Positions 36,748-50,000 of a stretch of 64,000 nt of DNA are shown one piece after another. The first letter of the stretch is position 1; every line of letters begins with the position of its first letter. Under the pieces are notes generated by a model, which ran no database searches, was not told where the DNA came from, and saw only the letters and a list, made by a program, of their open reading frames with translations. Made by a program: the position numbers and the translations under genes. Source of the stretch: Paragordius varius (taxonomy: Eukaryota; Animalia; Nematomorpha); the NCBI GenBank assembly GCA_964247055.1, contig OZ176060.1:620001-684000 (forward strand), in the 5' to 3' direction.

Positions 36748-39700
36748 CTAAAAACAGATGATAAAAAATCAGGTGATCAATGAATGAATGAAATCAATGT
36801 GTAAAAAGCTTGGATTTAAAAAAAATATCTTTAGGATTGTATAGTTTAATAAATAGATTTTTACAATCCTAAAAGACTATATATGAATCTTGCTTAAAAC
36901 ATATCGTAAACATGTGATTAGTGAATGAATGGATATGTGTTAATATAAAAATATATTGATTAATTTCTCCGTCAAAAATTTATTTGATTAAAAATGGAGA
37001 AAAAAGTAAATTTAATTATTTTAAATAAATAACCAGGTGTTTAGAAATGCATTTGATAATAATTTAAAACTTATTCTTCAATCCTTAAAACAGGTAATAA
37101 AAAATCAGGTGATCAATAAATGAATGAAATTGATGTGTAAAAAAAGTAGGATTTAAAAAAAAGATCGTTATGATTTGTATAGTAAATCAATAATACATAT
37201 ATTTATTTGAAATCCTAAATAACTATATATGACACTTGCCTAATATTTATCGTAACAGGTAATAATCAGGTGATTAATGAATGAATGAAAAATATGTATC
37301 AAAAAGTTGGATTAACAAAAAATCTTGTAAATCAATAATACATATATTTATTTGAAATCCTAAATAACTATATATGACAGCCTAATACCTCTGGTAGAGG
37401 TGTTAGAAATCAGGTATTTAGTTAAATTAAATTTATCAAAAAAAATATATTAAATAACTTTTTAAAGTTTTTAATTTTAAATTAAGAATTAAATTTTTAT
37501 TTATTTAAAATTTTAATTAAAAAATAGATAATTTTAAAAAAATATATAAATATTTATATATATATTTATATTTTTTAATTTTATTAAAAATTAAAATGAT
37601 TATTTTTAAATATTATTATAACTTTTTAATAAAAAAGTTTATTTATATTTTTGAATCGTATTAAAAATTATATTTAAAAAACTTAAAAAAATTAATTTAA
37701 ACATAAATATATAAACTTTTTATAATAAATATTTTGAATTATATTAAAAATTATATTTTATATATTAAATATTAAAAATTTATATAAAAAATATATTTAA
37801 TTTAAATATTATTCAATATTATATTTAATAATTTAAGACACATAATATTATTTAAAAAATTAATATAACTTATTAAAATATATATTTAAAATAATATTTA
37901 AAAAATAATTTTAAAAAATATTTTTTAATATATAAATAAAACATTTTTAAATACATATATTAAATAAATTATATTAATTTAAATAAATATTTTTAATAAA
38001 AATTAAATATTTTAAAAATAAATGATTTTTTAAAAAAATATTTACCAATAGCAAAACCAGCTGCTAAGCCTGAAAGTCCAACGCTAAGCCCTGCGCCTAG
38101 ATCTAGGAATCCTCTAGGAAAATAAAGAAAATAATTTTTAAAAAATATTTTAATTTAAAATAAAAAAAATTATAAAGTTTATTTAAAAAAATAATATAAT
38201 TTTTATATTTTAATAAAAATAATCATAATAATTTTCAAAATAATTAATTATAAAAATTTAAATTTAATAAAAAAATTTAAAGATTTAAGGTTAATTTTAA
38301 TATATAAGAATGTTGTTTATAAATAAAAAAAAATATCATTAAAGATTTAATAATTAATTTAATTTAAAAAAAAATTATATTTAAAAATTAATTTAAAATA
38401 AAAAATTATATTTAAAAATTAATTTAAAATAAAAAATTATTTAAAAATTAAAAAATATTTATTATTAATTTTTTGATTAAGAAAATTAAATATACAATAA
38501 TATTTAAAAAATAATATATTTACTAAATTATTAATTAGTTAGGAAAAATAAAATATTTTAATTTCAAATTATTATTACATATATTAATTTATTGAATAAA
38601 AATAAATTTAATTAAATAAAAAATATTTAATGAATAAACAATAAAAAATAAATAAATAAACATATTTAATATAAAATAAAAAATTTAAACGTTTAAAATA
38701 AAATATATATTTAAAAAAAAATAATTATTTTTTTAAATATTTTTTGCTAAAAAATTATAATTTTTTAGAATCAATTTTTTAAAGTTTTACATATATTAAT
38801 TTAAATATAATTATTTTTATTATAATAATTGGATAAATGTTTTTTTAAAAATTATTTTATAAAATTTTTTATAAATTATTTTTTATATTCTTTTAAAAAA
38901 ATATTTTTAAATTATTTTTATTAAATACTTGAAAAGAGAATAATTAGATCGGCTCATTCCATTGGCGATTAAAACCGCCACCACTAAACCATAAATACCT
39001 GATGATAAAAAAAACAGCTGATATATATATTTATAATTTATAAAAATATTAAAAGTATCTTTAAAAAATATTTAAATATCTAAAAACAGATGATATAAAA
39101 TAAATAAAATATAAATATTCTTTTTATTTAAAATTTTATTTTTTAATTATTTTAATAAAAACAGAGCTATTGATAAATTAAAATTAAGCTATCAGAATGT
39201 AGAAATTTTAATTTTATGTATATTGTAATATAATCAAACATTTTCAATAAAAATATAATCTTTTCAAAAAAAATATAGCTATATTTTTCAGTTTAAAACA
39301 TTTTATTTTTAAAACCAACAAAAATTTCCAAAAAACATCTAATCTTTTCATTATCGAAACCAGCTGATCTCATCAGCTGGTTTCAACATCTGTAAATTAA
39401 TCTTTCATAAGATCATATGTGCGTTACCTAGGATACCAGCCATAACAACTGGAATGATTGATCTCATTATAAGTTCCGGTCTCATGACAGACAATTTTTA
39501 ATTTTTTTTAAAAAAAATATTTTAATTAACATAAAAACAGCTGTTTCAGATAAAAAATTGGCAATAGAAGTTTTTATCTTTATAAAATTTGAGATATAAA
39601 AACATTAAAAAAAAATTTACAAAAAAGTAAAAAAATATTTTTTAAAATTTGATATTTACTAAAAATTCAGAAAATAAAAAAAAACATCTGTTGAAAATCT

Positions 39701-41663
39701 GATGTCGAAAACAGATCTCAACAGCTGCTTATAACAGCTGATCTCATCAGCTGCTTTTCGAATAAAATCATATGTTCGTTACCTAGGATACCAGCCATAA
39801 CAACTGGAATGATTGATCTCATAATAAGTTCTGGTCTCATGACAGACATTGCTGCAATCCCTGTTCCACTCTTGGCCGTGCCATATGCTGCGCCCAAAGC
39901 TAAAAATCAGGTGATTAATGAATGTATGAAAACAGATGATAAAAAACAGGTGATTTAGAAAAAAAATCATTTTTCGATTAATAAAAAATAATTAATTGAA
40001 TATATAAAAAACGACATTAATTATATTAATTTTAATAAAATCACCAAATTAATCGATAAATTAATATATTTAATAAATATATTAGCTGATTATGGATTAA
40101 TTTTCTTATTCAATTGTTGAGAGATAATTTAAAAAAAATTGAAAAAATGGTAATTAGTTTTAGTTTTAAATTTCAGTTCATTTTTAGCTGTGCTATATGC
40201 TGCACCCAGAGCTAAAAAACAGGTGATTAATGAGTGAACAAAACAGCTGGTAATGTAAGAATGTGTGACAACATATGTTAAAAACAGGTGATTAAATAAT
40301 AAATTGATAATATAAAAAACGAAATTAATTTAATTTATAATAATTATATAAAATGATTATAATATATTAAATTTTAATTTTAATAAATATGTAAAATTGG
40401 TTAAAGTAAAAAATTATCAAATTTTAAATTGATCAAATTAACTATTAAAATATATTAAGAAAAATAAATAAACCAGCTGACTACCAAATAAATATTTTCG
40501 ATTCTTGATAAAAATTTCAAAATGTTTTATTGAATAAATTCAAAAATGGTAAATATTAAGTTTTAAAATCACAGTTTCAATATTTAGCCGTGGCAAATGA
40601 GCCCAGAGCTTAACAAATCAGGTGATGTATGAATGAATTAAGTGTTAGAACAGGTGTTAATAAAACAGATGTTAAGAACAGATGTTTACATAGTTTATTC
40701 ACCAAAAATACTATTTAAAATAAATTAAGCAACCCTAAAATTAATTTTATAATCATGTGTTTCATGAATGTAAAACATGATTACATATAATTAAAACAGG
40801 TGATTAATGAACGAATGAAAATGCATAAAAGATAGGTTTTAAAATAAAAATAATTATTAAATCTAAAAGATATAACAAAAAATATTTATTCATTTAACAT
40901 TTTAAGATTTAAATTATATTATGAAAAATATATTTTTTCTAAATTAAAAATTTTAATTAAATAATATTTATTAAATTTTATATATTTTTATATTTAATAT
41001 TTTTTATTATATATTTTTAAATATAATTTTATTATTTTTTCAATTTTTAATTTATTTTATTTTTTTAAAAATTTAAATAAATAATACTCAATCAAATATT
41101 TATTTATCATTTATTAAATAGTTAATTTAATTTGAAATTTTATAATATAAAAAATATTAATTTAAATTTTAAAAAAAAATTTATTTAATATTATTTAATT
41201 ACATTTTTCATTTATTTATATTTTTTAATTTAAAATTATAAATTAAAAAATTTCAACTTATAAATAAATATTTTTTCACTTTTTAAATTTTTTTATTTTA
41301 TATCCAAATAAATAAATTAAATAAATAAATTTTAAAATTATTTTTTAAAATAAATAAATTAAAATATTATAATAAAATAATAATTAATATTATTAAAATT
41401 AATATTTATTTTTTTTATTTTTTAAAAAAATTAATATAAAATAAAATAATTAAACAAATATTTAAATAAATAAAATATTTAAACAAATAAATTAAAAAAT
41501 ATATTTTTTAATTATAAAATAAAAATTAATTTTTAAAAAATTAATTTTTTTAAAAATATTTTTTTTAAAAAATATTTTATTTACCACTAAATATGATTGC
41601 ACTACTCGCTCCAATAACTCCAAAGAAATAGCTATAAAGGGGATTATCATCTGTGTCCGCCAT
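36608..41663 (-). CDS. ATP6V0C: V-type H+-ATPase 16 kDa proteolipid subunit c, 5 coding exons, 157 aa
   Basis: join(41663-41585, 39899-39783, 38998-38929, 38113-38046, 36747-36608) = 474 nt with all introns GT-AG. Protein: [157 protein letters not shown]. The proton-carrying Glu in TM4 is present. Confidence 0.96.
38046..38113 (-). CDS. ATP6V0C: V-ATPase c coding exon 4
   Basis: cctag|A GGA TTC CTA GAT ... GCT ATT G|gtaaa; 68 nt. Confidence 0.93.
38929..38998 (-). CDS. ATP6V0C: V-ATPase c coding exon 3
   Basis: catcag|GT ATT TAT GGT ... CTT TTC AA|gtattt; 70 nt. Confidence 0.92.
39426..39493 (-). pseudogene. Partial copy of the exon 2 3' half plus donor
   Basis: Matches 39781-39848 except ATT->ATA and CCA->CCG, both synonymous. 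It has no acceptor. Confidence 0.9.
39783..39899 (-). CDS. ATP6V0C: V-ATPase c coding exon 2
   Basis: tttttag|CT TTG GGC GCA ... GGT ATC CTA G|gtaacg; 117 nt. Confidence 0.95.
40183..40610 (-). pseudogene. Two partial copies of the exon 2 acceptor plus 5' end (40183-40213 and 40583-40610)
   Basis: tttttag|CT CTG GGT GCA GCA TAT AGC ACA GCT AAA, and aag|CT CTG GGC TCA ... ACG GCT AAA. Confidence 0.75.
41585..41663 (-). CDS. ATP6V0C: V-ATPase c coding exon 1 (start codon; acceptor at 41676-41675, NAGNAG)
   Basis: ttttag|cagacaacaaa ATG GCG GAC ... TTT AGT G|gtaaat; 79 coding nt. Confidence 0.93.
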
Positions 41664-41832
41664 TTTGTTGTCTGCTAAAAAAATTAAAAAAAATAAAATT
41701 TATTTTAAATAAAACTATTTTTAATATAAAAATATTGTTAATATTTCATAAATATATATTTCAAATAGTTATAAAAATAATTAGTTTTAAACTTTTATAA
41801 TATTAAATTATGAAATATGAATAGAAAAGATT

Positions 41833-42599
41833 TCTGTGTGCGCCATTTTGTTGTCTGCTAAAAAAATAAAAAAAACAATTATTTAATTTTGAATAATTTA
41901 ATTAAATTTATTCTAAATATTTTAAGCTATATATATTTAATAAAAATTTTTATCACTAAATATATTATTAATATAAATTTTAAATAAAATTATCATCTGT
42001 GTCCGCCATTTTGTTGTCTTCTAAAAAATATAAATTTTTGAAATAATTTTTTTTAAATAATTTAATTAAATATATATAAATAAATTATTCTAAAATTTTA
42101 GATATCAATAATTTTATATAAATATATATTTTTTATATATATTATAGGTATTTTAAATAAAAAAAGATTATCATCTGTGTCCGCCATTTTGTTGTCTGCT
42201 AAAAAATATAAATTTTTGATATAATTTTTATTAATTTTTAGAATTTATATATAAAATTTAAAAAAAACATATTTTAATTAAAATATATTAGTAGATTTTA
42301 TTTCAAATAAAAAAGATTATCATCTGTGTCCGCCATTTTGTTGTCTGCTAAAAAATATAAATTTTTGAAATAATTTTTATTAATTTTTAGAATTTATATA
42401 TAAAATTTAAAAAAAACATATTTTAATTAAAATATATTAGTAGATATAAATTTTAAATAAAGGAGATTATCATCTGTGTCCGCCATTTTGTTGTTTGCTA
42501 AAAAATAAATTTAAAAAAAAAAAATTTTTTTATTTTTTAATTATAAATATAAATATAGCTATAAATAATTTATAATTTTAGATAAAAATATATTTTTAA

Positions 42600-42633
<34 letters not shown>

Positions 42634-42916
42634 TTCAAATAGATATAAATTTAAAATAGATTATCATCTGTGTCCGCCATTTTGTTGTCTGCTAAAAAAT
42701 ATTAAAAAAAAAATAAATTTTTTTAATAATTTTTTAATTTAAATTTATAAATAAATATTATTAAAATATTATTAATGTATATTATTAAATTATTTTTTTA
42801 ATATAATATATATTTCAAATAGTTATATTAATAATTAGTTTTAAAACTTTATGATATTAAATAAAGTAAGAACAAAAAAGTCATCTGTGTCCGCCATTTT
42901 GTTGTCTGCTAAAAAA
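41833..42916 (-). repeat. Seven tandem copies of the exon 1 acceptor plus Kozak plus first 5-7 codons (about 35-nt core)
   Basis: tcatctgtgtccgccattttgttgtctgctaaaaaa at about 41833, 41993, 42171, 42320, 42470, 42664 and 42881, separated by 110-180 nt AT-rich spacers. Confidence 0.92.
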
Positions 42917-44182
42917 ATTAACAAAAATTTTTTTTTTGAAATTTAATATTTTAAAAAATATTATATTTTAAACAATTTAATTGAATTAATATATTCATAA
43001 AATGTTAATAAAAGTTAATTTATAAAAATTATTTTTTTTTCTGAAAAATTATTTTGTTTAAGAAAATATATTTTTTAAAACCATTAATATTAGTTTTTAT
43101 AAATTAATTTCTTTTTTCTATAAAAATTCTAAAATTGTTTAAAATTATATAAATTTATAAATATAAATTATGGATAAATATTTGAAAATATAATTAATAA
43201 TATATATAAATTATTATTTAAAAATTTTATTTTTATATATAATTTTTATTTTTTAAATCATATTGTAAATATATTTTTATTTAATTATATTTATAAATAT
43301 TAGATATTTTAAACTTAAAATCTAATTAATTTACTTTTAAAAGTATAAATAAACTATATTATAAATATTTTTAATTCAAAATTTTAATATAAATTATATT
43401 TAAATAATATTTTAAAAATAAATTTTTTTATATATATATCAAAGTATATAAATATTAAAATTATTTATTAAATATTAAATAAATATAAATTATTTTAAAT
43501 AAATAATTTTAAAAATATATCTATTATTTTAATTTATAGTAAAAATTTTCATTAAACTAAAATATTATTTTTAAAACTTTTTTAAATATAAAATATTTTA
43601 AATAAATACTTTTAATAATTATTGCTGTTAATTAATTAAAACAATTATGAATAATAAAAAAATATAAATAATAAAAAAATATATTAAAATAAATAAAAAT
43701 AAAAATATTATATATTTTAAAAAAAAATTAAATAAAAATAAATAAAATAATATTTATATATTATGTAACTCCATTTTCAAAATATTAAACTTAAAATCAA
43801 AATTTTTGGTTTTATAAATTTTTAAAATAATAAAATTAATAAATCTAAATTTATAAAAATGTTTAAATAAAATATAATTGTATTAAATAAATTAGTTAAT
43901 AAAAAATTATTTTATTATATAAGCTTTATAATTTATACGCAAACTCTAAGATAACTCAAAAAACTTTAATATGATCTATAAAATAAATTAATAATATTAA
44001 TAAATTATAAAATCAATAAATATATTTTATTAAATTAATATATATATAAATAATAATTACTTGTAAATGATTTTCAATAAATATTCCTTATATTTTTAAA
44101 AAATTAAATAATATAGATATTTTTAAATTTAATAATCAAAAAAAATTAATTTTATAATATTAATAAATTATTAAATCAATAG

Positions 44183-44214
<32 letters not shown>

Positions 44215-44222
44215 TAAATTAC

Positions 44223-44350
44223 TTGTAAATGATATTTAATAATTCCTTCTTTAAATTTCCAATAAATTGTCTGCGTTCGGGAAAGCGTGTCAGCTGGTTT
44301 GAAGTGAGATGAAGGGGAACAAATGTTGACACACGAGGAAAAAGCAACCA
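44223..44350 (-). promoter_or_regulatory. Probable non-coding first (5' UTR) exon and TSS region of the V-ATPase c gene
   Basis: Isolated GC-balanced island upstream of the exon 1 acceptor, with a pyrimidine-rich start (ctttttcctcgtgtgtc). It ends at a candidate donor CAA|GTAATT (44222-44221), which is itself duplicated at about 44059-44092. Confidence 0.5.
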
Positions 44351-45889
44351 TAAATAAATTTAATTGAAGAATTTTTTGTTAAAATTAAAATTAAAAATAT
44401 TTTAAAATATATAAAAAATTATTTTAAATTTATTATATATATATATTTATAAAATATAATATATATATATATATATATACAAAAACAGTTTATAAACATT
44501 TGCTATAAAGTAAATCAAAATATTTTTAAAATAAATTAAAAAATAAAAATATATTTTTAAATTAAAAATTATTTTGGAAATATATAAATATATATATTAC
44601 ATTTAGATAAATTATATATATATATATAATTTTTGAAAATTATAAAATACGATTTGCTTAAATTAAAATTAAAAAATTTTATTTTGAAATTAAATTTGTT
44701 TAAATAAAAAATTGTTAATATATTTAATAATTATTTAATATATATAATTTATTTACTCTATATATACAAAAACGGTCTAATATCAATAAAATTTAAACTT
44801 ATTATATTTTTATAAATATATTTATATATTTATTTAATTATGTTAGTAAATATGAAATAAAATAGTCTTGGAATTTATTTGATATAAAATAAAATTAAAA
44901 AATTTTGAAAATTAAAAAGTAAAATAAAATATTTAAAATTATTTAATTCTTTATATTTTATATTTATTTATATTATAAAGGATGTTTTGTTTATTAAATG
45001 TTAAATACTATAACTAAATTTGCTATATATATCTAATTACAATTAAAAATTTGAGTTAATTATTTTAAATAATTTTAAATTTATATTTTTATATCATAAG
45101 ATTCTAATTAAGTATATATAATTTAATAGATATTGCCTCTGTAAATTTTGTTAAATTTAAATTATTTTTTTAAATGAGTTAATTTATTTTCTTTACTTAA
45201 GTAATTTACTTAATATTATATAAAATAATAAATATTTAAAATTATTATTACTATAAATATATCTTAATTTATCTGATTATAATCAAATTTTGTTTTATTT
45301 TTTTATAAACAGTAAAATAAATTTATATAAATATTTAAAATTGCAAAATTTTTAAAATATATATTGTCTTATATTTATAAAAATTTATATATACTAATTG
45401 GATATAAACAAATTAAATTGGGAGGATTTTTTTAAATTATATTTTATATTTTTTTTTTATTATAAAATTTAAAAACTATATATTTTTATTTTATTATTTT
45501 AATTATATACCTCTAGAAATAATTTAATATAAAAATTTCGAAAACAATTGTTTAGTTTAACTTATATATATATATATATATATATATATTTAATAACTAA
45601 ATTTATACCAAATTACTTTTTTTATAAAAAATATGAATTTAATTTACAGTCATATATCCTTTATTTTATTAAAATAAATTTATTTTTTTTCGTTAAAATA
45701 TTTTGTAAAGAATGAAAAAACAAGAAATCTATATTAATTTATAAATTTTTTTTGATGAATATAATATTATTATACTTTTTTATTAAATATAATATTATTT
45801 TACCATAGATATCTTTATTTTTCAATCTTTACAAAAATATTTATATATATTTATTTAACAAAAATAAATATTTTAAAAATTTTATTTTT

Positions 45890-46950
45890 GACAGTAAATT
45901 AAAAATTTTTATAAAAATTTATAATTGGTATAAAAGTAGTTTAAAAGATATTTATAATAAAAAATTAATTTTTGAAATATTTATAATTTAATAAAAAAAA
46001 TATTTTGTAAATTTAGTTTTTGACAGTAAATTAAAAAATTTTATATAATTAAAAATTTTGGAAATTTAGTTTTTAACATAAGTTATTATACTAAACATTT
46101 GTTTTTCGAAATTTTTATATTAAATTATTTCAAGGGATACATATATATAATTACAATATTTTAAAAATTTAGTTTTTGACATAAGTTAATATACTAAGCA
46201 ATTGTTTTTCGAAATTTTTATATTAAATTATTTCAAAAGAAATATGTAATTACAATATTTTAAAAATTTAGTTTTTGACTGTATATTATTATACTAAACA
46301 TTTGTTTTTCGAAATTTTTATATTAAATTATTTCAAAAGAAATATATAATTAAAATATTTTTCAAAATTTTTATATTAAATTATTTCAAGAGATATATAT
46401 AATTAAAATATTTTGAAAATTTAGTTTTTAACATAAATTATTAAACAATTGTTTTCAAAAAATTTTATATTATATTATTTCAAGAGATATATATATATAT
46501 ATATATATTAAAAATATTTTTCAAAATTTTTATATTAAATTATTTCAAAAGAAATATATAATTAAAATATTTTTCAAAATTTTTATATTAAATTATTTCA
46601 AGAGATATATATAATTAAAATATTTTGAAAATTTAGTTTTTGACATAAGTTATTATATTAAACAACTGTTTTCAAAATTTTTATATTAAATTATTTCTAA
46701 AGAAATATGTAATTAAAATATTTTGAAAATTTAGTTTTTAACAGTAAATTATTATACTAAGCAATTGTTTTTCGAAATTTTTATATTAAATTATTTCAAG
46801 AGATTTATATATAATTAAAATATTTTAAAAATTTATCTTTTGACTGTATATATATGATATTAAGTTATTATACTAAACTATTGTTTTCAAAAAAATTTAT
46901 ATTAAATTATTTCAAGAGATTTATATATAATTGAAATATTTATAAAAAAA
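45890..46950. repeat. AT-rich tandem repeat, about 100-bp unit, about 9 copies with partial units
   Basis: Recurrent tttagtttttgaca...tatactaa...ttgtttttcgaaatttttatattaaattatttcaagag. Confidence 0.85.
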
Positions 46951-46960
46951 ATAATTATTA

Positions 46961-46991
<31 letters not shown>

Positions 46992-47039
46992 TCATAAAAT
47001 TCAGAAGTCTAGCCTTGAACACAGTTTAGGGAAAACAGA

Positions 47040-50000
47040 AACCACATTTCGATTTCAAATAGTAAAAAAAAGTATTTAATCATTTATTAATATGTCACCT
47101 ATAAGAGGGTAATTAACCCCTATAGATTAAATTAAAAAATTTAAATTCAGAAATTATTCATGATTAAAAATTAGTTTTTTTCAAATAATGAAAATATTGG
47201 TGAGTTTTAAATAATAAAAATATCGAAGTTTTTATAAATAAAAATGAAAAAGGCCTTAAAATTTCAAAAAATCAATTAATAATGTACTTTTTATAATGTT
47301 GTTTTACAACAATGTTTATATATTATGCCTCGTGGATGATTATTTCAAATCAGCTGATTAAATCTAAAATTTCAAAAAAAATCAATATAATGTACTTTTT
47401 ATAACAATGTTTTAAGCAACATTGTTGTCTGATAACTATATTTCGATTTCAAAAAGTAAAAAAAACCAATTAATCATTTATTAATATGCCTTTTCAGAAG
47501 GTGATTTATTTCTAATTTTAAAATTAGCTTCAGAAATCACGCTTTTATATTAAAAATGAGGTTTTTAAATAATGAAATATTGAAGTTTTTTAATGGAAAA
47601 TAATGTACTTTTTATAAATAATGTAAATATTGAAGTTTTTTAAATTAGGAAAAAGACCTAAAATTTCAAAAAATAAATCAATCAATAATGTACTTTTTAT
47701 AATATTTTATAAATTTCTATGTCCTTTTTTAAATCAAATCTTAAATTCCATACCCCTGTAAAACAAATTTATCAATAATGTACCCTTTATAAGGTTGTTT
47801 TACAACAATGTTTATATATTGTGCCTCGTGGATGATTATTTCAAATCAGCTGATTAAATTTTAAATATCAACAAATTAATTAATAATATACTTTTTATAA
47901 TGTTTTATAAATAAGGATACTATTGGATTTTTTTAAAATAATGAAAAAATGCATAAGATTTTAACAAATCAATTAATAATGTACTTTTTATAATTTTGTT
48001 TTATACAACATTGTTGATTATTCTGACCTTTCAAATCAGCTGATTATCAAATCTTAAATTTTATAAAAATAAATATAGTTTACTTTTTATAATGTTTTAG
48101 AAATTTGCTGGGTATAATTATACCCTTTTTTAAATCAAATCTTAAATTGTATACCCCTGTAAAACAAATTTATCAATAATGTACTTTTTATAATGTTGTA
48201 TTACAACAATGTTTATATATTGTGCCTCGTGGATGATTATTTCAAATCAGCTGATTAAATCATAAATTTTAATATATAAATTAATGATTACTTAATTTTT
48301 ATAATGTTTTTTAAATTTGCTGGGTAAAATTATACCCTTTTTTAAATCAAATCTTAAATTCTACCTCACCCCTTTAAAAATAAATCAATCAATAATGTAC
48401 TTTCTATAATGTTTTATAAATTTGTTTTACAAATAATTATGATTAATCTGCCTTTTTAACCTTTCAAATCACCTGATCAAAAATTTCAATAAATCAATCA
48501 ATCAATAATGAACTTTTTATAATATTTTATTATATTTTACAGATTTGCTGGGTATAATTATACCCTTTTTTTAATTCAAATCTTAAATTTCAACAAATCA
48601 ATCAATAATGTACTTTTTATAATATTTTACAAATGATTATATATTGTACCTCGTGGATGATTATTTCAAATCAGCTGATGATCAAATTATAAATTTCAAA
48701 AAATAAATCAATTAGTAATGAACTTTTTATATTTTGTTTTATACAAATTCTGTAGATTTCTATATTTCAATTTCAAAAAGTCAAAAAAAGTATTTAATCA
48801 TTTATTAATATTATTTTATATTTTAAATTTTAATTTTTATTATATGTATGCAAATGACATTGCAATTATTTTACAACTATATATTTTTAAAATATTTTGA
48901 ATCTCTTGAAATATAATTTAATCTTAAAAATTTGAAAAAACAATTTTTAGTTTAACTAAGATATATAAACTACATTTTTACCAAATTATTTCAAAAAGTA
49001 AAAAAAAAGTATTTAATTATTTATTAATATGTCACCTATAAGAGGGTAATTAACCCCTATTTTTAAAATTAACTTCAGTAAATTAAAATATGTATAAAAA
49101 AATAAAATAATGAAAAAGTAAAATAAAAAAAATGTAAAATTTATAAAATTAACTTCAGTAAATTAAAATATGTATAAAAAAATATAATAATGAAAATATT
49201 GGGTTTTAAATAATTAAAATATATAAGTTTTTTAAATAAAGAAAATATTGGTGAGTTTTAAATAATGAAAATATTGTTTTTATAAATAATTAAATATTGA
49301 AGTTTTTTTTAAATTAAAAAGAATATTGAAGTTTTTATAAATAATAAAAAATTTGGTTTTATAATGTTTTTTACAAATTTTAGTTTTTAATAAAGAAAAT
49401 ATTTGGGTTTTTAAATAATAAAAATATTGATTCTATAAATAATAAAATCCTTAAAAATTTCAAAAATAAATCAATAATGTACTTTTTATAATGTTTTAAG
49501 CAACAATGTTTATATATTGTGCCTCGTGGATAATTATTTCAAATCAGCTGATCTAAAATCCTAAATTTTAATATATAAATTAATAGTTTACTTTTTATAA
49601 TGTTTTAAAAATTTTCGTTTTTAATAATGAAAATATATATTGATTATAAAAAGTAAAAAAAGTATATTTAATCATTTATTAATATTATTATTTTTTTATA
49701 TTTTAAATTTATTATTATATATATGCAAATGACATTGCAATTATTTTACAATTCTATATTTTTAAAATATTTTAAATCTCTTGAAATAATTTAATCTTAA
49801 AAATTTGAAATTGGTTAGTTTAACTTAGATATTTATAAACTACATTTTTACCAAATTATTTTTTTAAAAAGAAAATATTAGGGTTTTTATTTATATTTGG
49901 GTTAAATTATGAAAATATTGAAGTTTTTTTAAATAAAAATGAAAAAGGCCTTAAAATTTTAACAAATTAATCAATATAATGTACTTTTTATAATGTTTTA

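Noticed and set aside
39779-39970. 63-aa minus-strand ORF
   Set aside because: It is an alternative frame across V-ATPase exon 2 and its intron.
36608-41663. F-type ATP synthase subunit c or a bacterial/organellar origin
   Set aside because: The protein has four TM segments with V-type motifs ([26 protein letters not shown]) and spliceosomal introns.
41645-42916. CRISPR-like look: about 35-nt near-identical repeats with spacers
   Set aside because: The repeat is the V-ATPase exon 1 acceptor and start. Spacers are 110-180 nt, related to each other and low-complexity. There are no cas genes and the context is eukaryotic.
44160-44351. 63-aa minus-strand ORF as an N-terminal extension of V-ATPase c
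   Set aside because: Splicing 44223 to either NAGNAG acceptor leaves this ATG out of frame with the main ORF.
46990-47110. Small GC island (cagaagtctagccttgaacacagtttagggaaaacag) as a coding exon anchoring the modular repeats
   Set aside because: It has stops or weak splice sites in the frames tried and no recognisable peptide, so it cannot be supported.
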